A stretch of DNA of 64,000 bases. Origin: Azolla caroliniana. Lineage: Eukaryota > Plantae > Polypodiophyta. The position numbers were made by a program, and so were the translations under genes. Shown piece by piece: positions 13,337 to 27,399 of the stretch. Below the pieces are notes generated by a model. It was not told the DNA's origin, did no database searches, and was given only the letters and a program-made list of their open reading frames with translations. The stretch spans positions 14,322,001-14,386,000 of the forward strand of contig JBHGNT010000012.1 in the NCBI GenBank assembly GCA_043228905.1, written 5' to 3'. Positions within the stretch are counted from its first letter, which is position 1; the number at the start of each line of letters is the position of its first letter.

Positions 13337-14000
13337 TGATGGGATCGAATCGTAGATCTGTGAGGACTATATGCAAAAATGTACAGACAGAACACAAAAA
13401 CAACAAATACACAAGATACACAAAGTTTTACGTGGAAACCCTGAACGGGGAAAACCACGGGAACAGAGATCCACTATACAAACAGAGAATGCAAAAGGAG
13501 ACAAGAATACAACACTCCTACACAGAGTGTATCAGCCACGCAGTGCTCTTGGTGTCTAACCTCACTCAGCTATGGCACCGCTCACACTTCTTGCGTCTCT
13601 CTTCTCTGCACGCAACTACAGAAACTCTATTTTTTCTGTTCTATGATCTAACCATAATGTTTTCCCTAAGTGTATTTATACTTATACATTGTATGGGCTA
13701 TTTATAAATGTAGTCCCGACTACTACTATTACTGTTATTATTATAGTTATAACTATATCTATTAATCAGTCGACTCTTGTGTTGACTGTCCAATCGGCCT
13801 TGTCGTCGACCATTCGGTCGGCTCGACTAGTCGATCTTATCCTCGACTTGGATCATCTACTGTCAACTCTCAAGTCAGTCGACTCTCCATGTCTTTGACT
13901 ATCGGCTCTTAGCCCGACCAGTCGGCTACTCGTCATTGACTGTTGGCTCTTACTCAGTTGAACAATCGGCTCCTCCCACATGAGGGACATATTCCTAACA
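13337..14000 (-). repeat. Copia 5' LTR
   Basis: TG...CA ends, adjacent to the PBS, homologous to 2731-3449. Confidence 0.9.
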
Positions 14001-14889
14001 CATACTCCATATTTTTAGTAAGTGTTCATAACCTCGTGCCATACATCCGTGTATATCTACTATGAGAGTGAGATCAGCAATGATTTTTTTATCTATGTTT
14101 TTCATCAACATTTGTAGCATAAACATTTGGTATTGACGTTGAAATGGATAACCATCCAATGCTTAGCAATGATACTACTAGCATTGCACCTTTTTTTATA
14201 TGCAACAACCATTATGTTGCACAATTGGTCGATTGAAATTAACATACTTGAAATTAAAATTTTAATAAGAGGCAATTTTATGGCATTCCCAAGACCATTG
14301 TTCGTGATAGAATTTTTGAAGAAAACAGCAAAATTCTCTTAACTTTCTTGAAATGGCCCTCACTTAGGGGTAGTATCATAGGTTTTAAAAATCAAGGGTG
14401 GAAAATATGAAGGTATTTTCCCCAAAAGTTCACGTAATCATATTCATTACAATATGGAGGATCCAAATTTAATCACAAAATTACTTTAGACTTTACTCTT
14501 CTTGAGAGGTAACAAAAAGGGGTTGCAATATCAAAATAGAGTTCCACACACTGGATGTCTGCATGAATGAAATTAACCGATGCATTACAACATTGAATAT
14601 AATCAGTAACAAGTCTTCATCCCATCACATGTCACAAGAGTCAACTCGATACAATCATAGAAGGTCAATGAAATGAAAAATGTATTCACTAATTAATTGC
14701 AGATAGCTTTTAATTTTTCCCTTATTACTTACTCTATTGGAAAACAAATAAATGACACAATTTTGAGTTGCATACTTTCCCAACAAAAGAAACACTAATT
14801 TACAAGAAACCAGTTCTGGGTTTTCAGATGTTCTATTTACCTCCAAATTCGTGTATAGACAATGCTATTATATCCTATTTTACAAATAA

Positions 14890-17800
14890 CTAAGTTTTAC
14901 AAGAACACAACCCATCTTGGAATCGATGTATGCAATATGCATCTTTCACTAGAATATTCCGTACTTCAATCTTTGATATGAACTTCGCAGCTTCATGGCA
15001 AGGATCACACATCCGAAGATTCTTTGATACTCGTAATGTTGCAGATGGAGCAGTACTAATGAGACCAAATGCTATAGCCAATCTTTCAGAATGCCCACAT
15101 AAGATCTTTTCTTTGTCATCTTCATTATTTTCCAAACTTAATCCAAGACGTGGCTTGATGCTTTCATTGTTCCTCATTTGAGTTTTCAGGCTTTCTAACT
15201 TGGCATAGATTTCAGCACTTTTTTCATGTGTGGTATCCCCGACAACAAACTCGTGTATCTGGTCATCAATCTCAATGAATGATCTCGCCGGCTTTTTCCA
15301 TGCATTTGCTGCTTTTCGCAACTCATCAAGTTCCTTTGCCTCTTCCCATCGACCACTGTGAATATAGATATCGTGGAAGAGAACATAGCTCACAGCATTC
15401 GACCGATCCAACACAACCATGTTGTTGAAACACCTTTTACCAACCTCCAAGTCTAAGTATACTCTACTTGAATACAGTAACTGTGTCCATCCCACTATGT
15501 TCCTTGGAAATGGAGTGGTTTCCAAAAGATCTTCGGCCTCAGGCAGCAATCCTACATGGCTAAAAAGATTTAGCATTGCATTGTAATGCTCAACTTTTGG
15601 TTGTATACTCCAACTCTCGATCATGGACTTAAAATGCTGACATCCTTTGTCCACCAATCCACCATGAGCACAAGCTGAAAGAAGGCAAATAAACATAACT
15701 TCATCTGGTTGAAGACCAGAATTTTGCCTCATTTTCTCAAAGCAATTCAACGCCCCCAAGTAATCACCATGTTGTGCATGTCCTGATATTAAAGAAGTCC
15801 AGCTCACACTATCTTGCATGGGCAAACCATCAAAAACCACATGAGCTTCTTCCAGACTCCCACAACTTGCATACATGTCAACAAGTGTGTTGCCAAGAGA
15901 AACATCTGACTCAAGTCCTAAGGTAATGATCTGAGTGTGCATAAACCGGCCTTGTTGTAGAGCTGTGATATATGAACATGCTTTTACGGTATAAAGGAAT
16001 GTTACTAGATCAGGATTCAGACCTTCGGTTTTCATGCATTGGTATAGCTCAAGAACCTTCTTGAAATGCTCACCCTCAGCATACCCACCCATCAATGAGT
16101 TCCATGTCACGATACTTCGTTCAGGTAGGCTATTAAATAGTCTATTAGCATCTTCAAGAAATTCTGATTTGGCATGCAAATCAATAAGAGCACTGCTAAC
16201 ACAAAGATCAGATAATAACCCATCTCCTACAATTTGAGAATGGATCCAAAAGGCTTGTTCAACGTCCCCACCATTGGTTCGACAAGCTTTCAAGAGACTT
16301 ATGTACGTAACCGAATCTGGCTGAATGACACCTTCGGCTTGCATCTGTTGACATAAATTTATAGCATCAACACAAAATCCATGCTGTGCATAACTAGCAA
16401 TGAGTGAATTCCACATTATGACTCCTCTATGAGGAATTCTATTAAATAGTCTGGATGCATCAGGTGAGCAATCACAATGAGAGTACATACCTATTAATAT
16501 AGCCCCCACAAATGGATCATCAAATTCTAGACCCAAATGAATGCTGGATGCATGAATCTCTCTACCTCGACTTAGGTTTAAGTTACTAGAACATAATTTG
16601 AGTAGGGATGCCAAAGTGACAGAGTTTGGCTCTATACCCTCATTTTGCATCCTCTCAAAAAGTATGTTTGCTTCATTATAATATCCAGGTTGAGAAGAAT
16701 ACCCTGCAATCAATGTTGTCCATGTAACAACATTTTTGAAAGGCATTCTATGAAATATGACCATAGCATCGTCCATACTAGCACATTTCACATATATATC
16801 GATGAGAGCATTTCCAACACATGTATCCAACTCAAAACCACATACAACAGTATCGGTATGGATCATTCTTCCCTTCTGTAATGCTCTTAGACAAGAGGAA
16901 CATGCTTTTAAAACACTCATGAATGTAACTTGATTAGGTTTAACGGCCTGGTGTCTCATCTCGTCAAAGATTTTGAGAGCAACTTCACCCTGACCATTTT
17001 CAGCATAACCTGAAATCAATGTGCTCCACGATATCACATTCGGGATTGGTAACTTTTCAAACAAAATGCAAGCTCCCTCCATATCCCCACAAGATGTATA
17101 CATATGCATAAGACTATGGCCAACAAGTTCATCAAGCTCAAGTCCATTCTTGATAACATCAGCATGGATCTGTATACCATATGGAAGGGCCTCAAAACTT
17201 TGACATGCTTTTAAAACACACACAAAGGATGCCTGATCTAGCTCAATACCCAGACCTTGCATTTGCTTGAAAAGACAAAGTGATTCTTGAAAGCACCCAT
17301 TTTGGGCATACCCTTCTATTAAAGTATTGTATGTTACAACATCACAGGTCAAAGACCTACAAAACACATTGTGTGCATCTTGTATTGTGCCACATTTTGC
17401 ATACATGTGAATAAGTGCATTCCCCACAAAAAGCCCAAATTCATGTCCACATTCAATCAAAAAAGCATGGATTCGCCGACCTTTCAGCAAATTGCTTGCA
17501 CTAGAACACGCTTTCAAAACACAAAGGAAAGTGACCCGAGTCGGCTTTACTCCGTCCTTCTGCATCTGATCAAAAAGCTTGAGACCTTCCTCAAAATTCC
17601 CACAGTTTGTGAAACCTCCAATTATAGCATTCCATGCTTCGGTTGGCTTAATTCCAATCATTGTGAATGCACAATAGGCATCCAGAATGCTCCCACATCT
17701 AACATACATGTGAACAAGGGAGCAACCCACATATGGATCAGATTCTAGACCCTTCTCAACAATATAGCTATGAGCCCATCCTCCTCGATCTATGACATCA

Positions 17801-18312
17801 TCAGCGCTCAAACACGTCCCTAACACTGAAACCAAATCCTTTGATTCACTCTCATTGAATTCCATATGGACATGTTCATGCTCTACAGTACAATTGTGAA
17901 CTCTATCCACAGCCTCTTCTGGGCTTGCACATGTATTTATCCTTGAAATCAAAAAATTTCTATTTGATTTTGATTCACTCATATTGAGTTCAAGAAGAGG
18001 CTCTTGGTTATATAAAACCACATCTGGTTCTTTACATGGAACCATATAATGTGAGAAATGTAAGCCCGCCTTATTCCTCTGTTTTGACCTAAACAAAATA
18101 GAGCACTTAACAAACAATGAGATAGAAATGGAAACATTTTAAGAGGAACTTCAAAGTGATGGGTTGTTGAGATAAAAAAATTACCCGATGTGCTTTGAGA
18201 TGGAAGGAGACAGAATATCCACTTTCTCATCTCCTCTGTTGTGTAAATAATATGAAGCTCCATCTCTGACAGAAGATAGGTCTACATTTAGGCCCCAGCT
18301 ATACACAAGCAT
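14890..18312 (-). CDS. PLS-class pentatricopeptide repeat protein with E1/E2 and DYW:KP-type deaminase domain
   Basis: 1075-aa ORF of P-L-S repeats ending WKKPARSFIEID...CGHSERLA...KNLRMCDPCH...HRFQDGLCSCKT*. A probable GT-AG intron 18089-18184 joins an in-frame upstream exon (ATG 18312); the true start is uncertain. Confidence 0.92.
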
Positions 18313-18539
18313 TTCTTTCTGTGAAACGTATCGTTCAGTTGTACAATAAGTTAGCAAAATCTCTGAAAAAGAAGAGGAGAAATCCAGAGAATCTCAAATC
18401 CTTATGAGGGAATTACAGTGATATGGGAAAAGTTATCAACGTATATTGCTTCACACTTTTTCAGATCTTTCTCGATATGATTTGATCCGTATGTGATCTT
18501 AAATCGGTAAGAATGAAAGATCCTTAAGGATTTAATAAA

Positions 18540-19025
18540 TCACATATGGATCAAATTCTAGACCTTTTTCAACAATATAGTTCTGACTCGTGAACCTTGA
18601 CTATCCTCAAATGCGCGTTTACCCTTGAAATCAAAGACTTTGTATTTGATTTTGATTCACTCTTAGTGAGCTCAACAAGAGATTCTTGATGATGTAGTGC
18701 CACATATGGTTCCATTCATGGAACCAGATAGTGAGAGCAACATAAGCCCACCTCATTCCTCAGTTTTGACCTAAAAATGCAGACCACTTACAAACAATGG
18801 AAATAGAAAAGGAAGCATTTTAAGAGAAAATTCAAGATGAGAGATTGTTCAGATAAAAATACCTTATGTGCTTTGGGAAGGAAAGAAAAAGAATAGACAC
18901 TTTCCCATCTCCTCTGCTATGTAAACAGCAAGAAGCGCCATCAATGAGAGAATATAGTCTATATTTGAGCTGAAGCTAAACACTAGTGTCTCTATATGTG
19001 TGAGGTATCATTTAGTTGTATGTTT
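18540..19025 (-). pseudogene. Diverged partial duplicate of the 5' region of the PPR gene
   Basis: Colinear similarity to ~17728-18350 with an internal deletion; the same GT..AG intron is retained. Confidence 0.7.
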
Positions 19026-22010
19026 AGAGAAATCTTTGTTATTGAAGAAGATAGCGAAAAGAAAGTTTACTACGTCTTTTAATTAAGGGCTGAAATGCCT
19101 TTAAGGATCGAAACATCTTAAAATGTTATATCAGTTTTGAGAACAAACCAAAATAAATATAATTAAACACAGGGTACTAAAGAATCTAATTACATATGCA
19201 CTTAAGATTCTGGTGTTAGATAACCTGAAACTTCAGCCTTCAAAAAATCTCCAACATGGGCCACTCCATATGGTGAGAACTCTTAGCATGGAAAGCACCT
19301 TCAGAATCAGGTGATAATGATCTTTATTTGATGATGACAAGGGTGATAAGGCCGTGATCCAGATGGCCATGGTCCATGTGCATTACACATTGTTATTGCA
19401 TGATCTGTTGTAACCCATTTGGAGGATCCTAATCAAGACCCCACTTGTGTGGCACCTTGACTGAGTAGTAGCATGAGGAGAGATTGAGCTAAAGAAAGTC
19501 ATTATGGTTCGATATTGACGATTTGTTGTGGTTTTATTGTTTTCATCCAACAAGTTTCCTCTATGTCTCTTCAGTTCTAGCAAGAAAAGTCCCAAGCACC
19601 ATTGATTTTCGTATTCCATTACCTTGTGTAGTGGACCAAAGCCTCATTCAAAGAGGCAATAGTATCTTCCTCTTACTTCATAAAAGTAGCACAATGGTAA
19701 TTCCATCCTCCAATGGCACAATTGGCAGCTCCATTCTTCCAATTATTTAAGTGCATATCAGCTCATCTCAATTTATAATTGATGGGGTCCTAAGCTACCC
19801 TATCACACTGTGGAGCACATGAAAAAACCTGATGATAAATACATCCTGTGACATGTGTAAAAAACGAGTGCCTTATAGTGTGTCATCCTCTTCCCAAGAT
19901 ATCTTGTGGGGTTGATCCATGTTCTTTCATTATCCAACTTAATGATATCATATTGAATAGCTCTATTCTTTTCCACTTTGGTCATGTTCAAGTATGGATA
20001 ATCCAAGCTATATTAGAACGGGGATATTTTGTTTATACTTTTGCCATGGGACTAGAGAATTATTCTTGCATTTCAGCATACCAACAATGACTATACTCAT
20101 GGTCAGCAACCTGTCTTGATGACATTAGTGTTACTCTTGCATAGTTGTTCTTAGGGAACTCCTAAATTAGTTGAATCCCAATCATTGATTGGAATAATTC
20201 CTCTGCTGCTATTGGATCTGCTCCCATCTCCGCCCAGATTATACCGTAGGGCACCAATGCTTTGTTCTTTATTAGCTGGGCAACCATTGAGATTAGAGGT
20301 CTCTCCAAATAAATTTAGTTTCATGGTTCTTAAAACTATATACATGCACATTGTGTGTAACAAACCTTTGGGTTCAGGACTGGTTGCAGCAAGTACCATA
20401 GGGACTGATTGCAGCAGATACCGGACTAGTGCTTCAGGACCGATCTAGGCGGTCGCACAAACAACCATTACTTTCATTGTTTAGTTGTCGAACTCTTCTT
20501 GTTCTAGCATTTGTTTTTTACGTGAGATAGGATCGAGAGTCCGCTTGCGCCTAGTGAGAGGGCTCATGCGGGCTCCACGTGAATGAACCGTTTCATCGGC
20601 TTGACGAGGGCAAAGTACAGGAAAGGCAGATGGTCATTCCTATGTCCCATCCCCCTCTCGTAACTCGTGCAGGCTACACAAGTGATACATTATGAGAGGG
20701 TGCCAGATGGGAGAATGGGCAGGACCCATGTCGGATGTAAGCCGCAATTGTTGATCTTGCTTCTTTCAAGGGCACCAAGGGTTGCATATCCACGAGAAAC
20801 CCAGGCATAGGCAGCCTCTGACAAGAAGAACTGGCGCCCTATGAAAATCATTCCTATATATGTGTAGGATCATGTGTATGCTACCATTTCCCCTCCAAAA
20901 AAAGTATTCCTGCTCTCATCTCATTGCCCATGGTTGGGTAATGTTGAACACTATCACTTCATTTTTATCAAGGTTGGCAGGAAAATATTCAAAATGACTT
21001 TAAAGCAATTTAGATGTCTTCCCGGTCCCTCCAAATAGTTGGAGTTCAACTCGATGTCATCATCATCATATACCGATGTCAGTATGGCTATTCATGCTAC
21101 CATTGCTTCTGAGAACTACGAATAGTCCATACTCAATTCTCTCAAAAGAACATATTGGAGGCCAATGAATTTGTCAGGCTATACCAACCCTTGCAGAAAT
21201 TAAAGGGAGAAACAGACATGCGATTCATTCAAAATTCTTTCAACATATTACATGTAAATAGTTGCAATGGTTATTAAAGTATGCTCTATTTATGCCCATT
21301 ATGTATGTTTCATTTTATTAAAGAATGTTTATAAAAATAATCATGGAGGAAATGTGATGTTCCAACGACGAAACCCGGGGAGAAGTTTGAAGCACAACCA
21401 GATGAATCGACTTCAGACGGCATGTCTACATTAGAAACAGAGGTAGACTCACCAGAGAGAAAGGGGAAGGAAAAACAAGAAAACCAACCTAAGGCCTCAG
21501 AGACTCTGGTGAAGCGAGCCTAGAATTCTAAGTACAACAGGAGCCAAATAGAGGCCATAGAACCATCAATTACAATGGGATGGGCTCGGGCCATGGGTCC
21601 AGGATTGATTGGAGGAGGTCGAGGACTTTGTCTGCCTACTCTCGCAAACATTAAAAAGGAAGAGCAGAACCGCCAGTCTAGGGAGGAATTTGAAGCACCA
21701 ATGGAGGAGGAAGATTAACGACAGCTGGGGAGGAGATGAATAAATCATGCATTACAATGACTATGTTACAGATTACTGCCAAAAGGAGGTCAATGAGGAA
21801 ACAGAAGACAGGAAAGGAAATCTTGGAGAATCCATTATAATCTATATTCGGAAAACGGGGGGGGGGGGGGGAGAATACCTGAGATTTCGATCTCCTGAGC
21901 TCTAATTGCAGAGGGGATTGAGTGGTGAGGAGAGGATCGCTGCTGAGGACGGGGGCGAAACCTCCTCCACCAAAGGAAGCCATGACAGCAGATTCGAACC
22001 CGGGCGCATC

Positions 22011-22041
<31 letters not shown>

Positions 22042-22092
22042 GAAGAAGTGCCTCAACTAATCAACTACAATATGTATTCATAACATACATAC

Positions 22093-22359
22093 ATCAGCAA
22101 CGGTTCGGTTTCGGCTTAACCGGTTTGTCCTTGTCCCAACCAAACCGGTTAACCTTAACCGTTTTGAGAGTTTTCAAACTTGAACCAAACCAGTTAAGGC
22201 TTAAACGGTTGGTACAAACCGATTACTCAACCGGCTTGGCCCTAAACTGTTCGAACCAAGCTCAAATTGGTTAAGGAGGCTCAAGCTTGAACCGAACCGC
22301 CAAACCATTTATTAACGATTTAACGATTTGGTTTAGGCTTGAATCGAGCCGTTGCTGAT
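22093..22359. mobile_element. MITE-like element with AACCG/CGGTT subterminal repeats
   Basis: Inverted termini ATCAGCAACGGtTCG / CGAgCCGTTGCTGAT and many AACC(G) motifs; no clear TSD. Confidence 0.6.
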
Positions 22360-23078
22360 TCCTAATATTATTACATACGTAACATTGCACACATCATACA
22401 ATATATGTACATATATAACATTACACAAATACATACCATACCAACATACATATGGTCATTGGTCATAGAAGCCACATATTATCCCGTCACATGAGCTCCA
22501 TCCAACATTCTGATGTCTCATCGTTTCAAATATATATACATATAAATAGTGAGATGATGGAACACGTGACTTACTTGTACCCTCACCGACGAAAGAACTT
22601 TACCCAATCTAAACTTATGCACACTCAACCGTAGAATATATATGTTCAAATCCTCTTGCTCTTATAGCTACGTTACTTGTCTACCAAAACATCGAACAAA
22701 GACGCGACCTCTTTTAGCCTACTTGTTTAACTATCATCTTTGCCTTGAAGTATACTTGGTGCCCAATATGCGATGTATTATAATGTATCTTGAATAGAAG
22801 AATTATGATGTAAATTGCTTTTATCTATCTATGAATTGTGAATAGAACTAATGAACAATTCAATGAAGATGTTGGGTAGTTTTGTTAGCTTGCAAGCAAT
22901 GTTTACAAGTTCAACTCTCTCTCTCTCTCTCTCTCAATATATATGTGTGTGTGTGTACATAACATTAATTGGATTGATTACTCCTTGGGTGTTTAGTAAT
23001 CTAATAAATAGTGATTATCCATAGTTAGTTTTAATTAATTACTACTTCCAAGTTATTGATCATTAATTAATTATTGAG

Positions 23079-23324
23079 ATGGGTAGAATTAGTGGATTGT
23101 TCCTTATTATTATTGTGGGCATTGGTATGCCTCAAATTGGATTAGTGAATGGGTGGGGTAAAGAAGGGCACTACATCACTTGCTCCATTGCTCAGGTAAA
23201 TTCATGATTCGTTAATGTATATCCCTAGGTTTTCCACTTATTCTCAAAATTCTCCAATTTTTGGCCCTTTATTTTCAAAATTCTCAAAAATACTCTCGCC
23301 TCGTCTCTTTCTCAACAGATGTGA

Positions 23325-23387
<63 letters not shown>

Positions 23388-26300
23388 GATGGGGATGTAT
23401 ATAAAGGATGGATAGATAGAAAATGTATAAGCTTGTATAGAATACCTTGTTAGGGAATTGATAACCAAGCTAAACTTGTTAAGATACAGTCAAAGTTTAT
23501 ATGTTTTATGGCTTCTTAGAAAATTGAATGATTAAGTTAGAGTTGTTAAGATATGGTCTAAAAATGTTATGTTTGAGGCCCAATTAGAAACTTAATGATT
23601 AATTAGAGTGCCGATGTTGTCTACATTTATATGTTTTATACCTAGTAAGAAATTTTGCAATGTATTTTGTTAGAAAGTTGAAGATTAAGTTAGGGTGGTT
23701 AAGGTATGTCTAAAACTTGGTTGTGTATGGTAGTCTCTCCTAACGGACGAGGCAAACACTGCTATACGGGAAATTCTTCCAAGTTATGCAGATGGACAAC
23801 TCGCTCCTCTCTGTGGATGGCCGGACACTATACGTCGAACAAAGGAATTTTGCTGGAGCGGTTGCCTTCATTTCATAAATACTCCAGACTTCCAATGTAA
23901 CTACAACCATAAACGTAAGTGGCGCCCGTATCTTATCACAAAAGCTCATCGACTTATGATACCATGAGATAAGTATAAACATTAGTATTTGTTTTTCTAG
24001 TACAATCTTTTTTTAGCCTGTGTAGGTTAGATGGACAAACAAGCAAAACCTAACAATGGGCCACCAACTTATAATAAGGCTATGTCTAGAAATCTAAAAG
24101 TTTCGTATGTAATACCTCTATTCTTGTCAGAGTCATGTAAGAGGGAGGTATAAATTATCTTCAATAGAATGATTCTAGAAAAATAAATGATTCACCAATA
24201 TATGTATACATCGTTGCACCTATGACAAACCTACATATGTATTATACATGCATATGTCAATACATATTGTTTCTTTGTAACAAATTGTATTACAATTGGG
24301 AAGCCCAATTCACAGTGGATGGATGGATGCAATATATGGACCTAGAGATGTCATATAGTCAATAAACTAAAGAAATATGATAAAAAAAACATAGAAATGC
24401 TTTATAATATAGCAGGCATGTAAACATTATCACAATGATATCTACCATAGAGAAGTTGGTTAAAGGACATCAAACATGGCTTATTGGGAAAAAAATCCAT
24501 ATGGTTACAAAGTCATATATAGGAAAACCAAGAATCCAAAAGTTATTGCCAAAACTATAATCAACATACCTTAATTGCAAGCAATGTTGTAGTTTATGCG
24601 AGCAAAACTGAGTATGTCTGGCCAATTCTATAATAAATGAAGCATGCTCTCATTATTGTGATATGGTTTATAGGTGGCATCTAGATCATATTCTGAGTTT
24701 GAAGAACTATTGCTATAGCTAATACTTCAAGCAAACTCCACCACTAGGCATGTTCCTTGATTGAAAATGCATGCCTTCAAATGATACATTTAATCTTCCA
24801 CCAAGCCAATACAAAAATCTACGAGGATTATGTTAGGATACATCATAGATTTGAGTTCTTGATATGGATAAGACGACATAGTCTTGTTAATTTAGACGAT
24901 GACACATACATAGGTATTGCTACAACATAACGTGGATTGTGACATTTCTAGGTAATGTTCAATTTTAGTGTACCTCCTTTCTAGCTTCTCTTGGTTGTAC
25001 ATGGTTTTTTGTTTAATGCCTCATGTTTTACAAGATGCCAATACTTTTAAGTGATACTCAAAACATTTATTTACTAATAGCAAATTGAGTGGTGCAAAAG
25101 AATGACATTCAATTACTTAACAACATTTATTTGTAATTACTTTGCACATGTTTACATGTGGACACTTGACATGACTGCATATACGATTGCATGTATTTTG
25201 CTTAGGTGATTGTCATGGAAGACATGGAGACCCCGAAATGTGTGTTGCAGGTGGCATTGCCAACTTCACATCTCAACTCGCTACATATGGAATGAAAGGA
25301 CAATCTCAATGTACCATTTATCTTGCTAACCAACAATATTCAAATATACTAAGTTATAATATTTTTAAAGAAGTTTGATTAACATATAATGTTGTTTAGA
25401 ACTACACGATTGGAGTAGTTCTTTGTTGAGTTCACTCACACTCTTTAAATGGAATGAACGTACAGATAACCTTACAGTGTCCCTCCTTTTTTTAGCACAT
25501 CTTATCGGGGACATTCATCAGGTTTATTGATTCTTTGCCTATTTTTAAAATTAAATCACGTGTAGGGTTATTATCTAAACATATATCAATATTTCATTTA
25601 GCCTTTGCATGTGGGTTATACCGGAGATGAAGGAGGAAACACTATTGAAGTAAACTGGTATAAGAGAAAGGAAAATCTACACCATGTAAGTATACAATTT
25701 CAACACTGCATAAGTTTTCATTAGAATTTCCTTGAATTGTCTTCGAATGCAATACTAATTTTGTTTTGTTTACATTCTAAAACTATATTTTCTTTTCAAA
25801 GGTTTGGGATAGTTCAATTATCGACACATCAATCAATAGATATTTTAATAAGGACATTGATGTGATGGTGGACAATCTAGTGAAAAATATTACAGTAAGA
25901 TTATAACATGGAAGTTGAAGTATGCATTGAGTTCTTTTTGTTCACTATATAAATTCATACATGTTACTAACATATAATTTGCCAGGATAATTGGGATTAT
26001 GCATCCAAGTGGGAATATTGTCAATCTAGTGAGATTGCATGCCCAGATGCGTAAGATACCGTCTCATTACGTAATATCCATTTTTATGCTCATATTGGAG
26101 ACGATGTTAAAATTCTACATAATTGTAATCTTAGGTATGCAAGGGAGAGTATAAAAGCAGCATGCCAATGGGCTTACAAGGATGTTTCGAATGGAGCAAC
26201 TCTTGGAGGTGAGAATTACATGTATATTTGTAGTTAATGAATACTTACATGGGACCAACTATAAAATGTTGTTATGACTATGAGAAACTCTTTCCGAATA

Positions 26301-26478
26301 TGATAATCTATGATTAAAAACAGTTAAGTGTTTTTTCATTGGTGATAATGTAGATGGTTACTTCTTGACACGCTTGCCTGTTGTCGAAGAACAACTTTCT
26401 AAAGGAGGAGTCAGACTTTCTAACATACTCAATCAAGCCTTGGGACAACGCAATCAATTGGATATTATTCCTAGTTGA
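23079..26478 (+). CDS. S1/P1 family endonuclease (plant ENDO/BFN1-like) with signal peptide, 9 exons
   Basis: Exons 23079-23195, 23734-23914, 25206-25310, 25466-25521, 25602-25685, 25802-25894, 25986-26050, 26135-26208 and 26354-26478, all with GT-AG introns and in frame. Motifs WGKEGH, WPD, LHFINTP, AHLIGDIHQPLHVG, NLHHVWD and GGVRL. Confidence 0.92.
23327..23385. repeat. (GT)n microsatellite
   Basis: Direct observation, in intron 1 of the nuclease gene. Confidence 0.95.
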
Positions 26479-27399
26479 AGAGTTTTACATCATTTGTTTA
26501 TGGTATCAGTTGATCGTATTATAATTTGCAATGTATACCCACAAATTCCACCCTTAATCGTTAAAGCTTAGTGTGGGATACATGTTTCACGGTCAAAGTG
26601 ATTATGGGCCACAACTTCGTTTATTAGTTGTATTTTTTAAATTTGATCTCTCTTATGTTGTTAGCCCTGTGTCAACCATTGCACATTTATTTTACCATAT
26701 CAACTCGTACATGTAATGTTATCATGGTATTTTCTATTCCCTAAACTTGGCTAAGTGGTGGGCTTTCAAAACGTCTACCCATCTAGGATGTGTGTCTTTT
26801 GAAAACATGCTTTTAAGGCACATCTTACTAGGTGGAGGATTCCCTTGTTGAGATCGTGAATGGCATTTACCCTAAATTTGTCTACAAAGGAAGTGTCAAT
26901 GGTCAACCATTCTTTGCCCACTAGCGAAGTGCTTACCACTTTGTATAACAACTCATTAACATCTATATTACACTTAATTTCATTACACAGTTTTGAAAAC
27001 TTAATCAATAGACTTAACAAACTAGTAAACAAGAAAATACAAAAGGAGAATATAGCATGCTTCAATAAAGATAAAAGCTAAAGATGAAAGCCCTTTACGG
27101 CCAAGCACAATGTCCCAAGTGGTTGCCCCAACAAAGCAGACCCCATCTTGTTAGCATATGTATTGCCTTTCTTAACTCAAGATGAAAAGTACCTTGGCAT
27201 GTCATTATCTACCGGATGGGATGGAATAACAACCTCTAGATAGAATAGTGTGTTCTATAACAAATTAGTGTCAATCACCTTTGTGTGTGTTGACAAATAG
27301 ACTAATTTCCTCGATGAATGTTGGTCGTGTTGGTATAGTGATATTGTTCAAATGGTTGGCCACTCCTAGCCACATGCTATGGAGAATGGGAGGGCCACA

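Larger units (their letters stand above)
2731..14000 (-). mobile_element. Full-length degenerate Ty1/copia LTR retrotransposon containing a nested gypsy
   Basis: LTRs 2731-3449 and 13337-14000; TSD CATAC (2726-2730, 14001-14005); tRNA-iMet-type PBS TGGTATCAGA (13324-13333, minus); PPT 3450-3460; gag, integrase, RT (KARIVVKGF, QLDVKTTFLHG, YVDD) and RNase H fragments in copia order. Confidence 0.95.
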
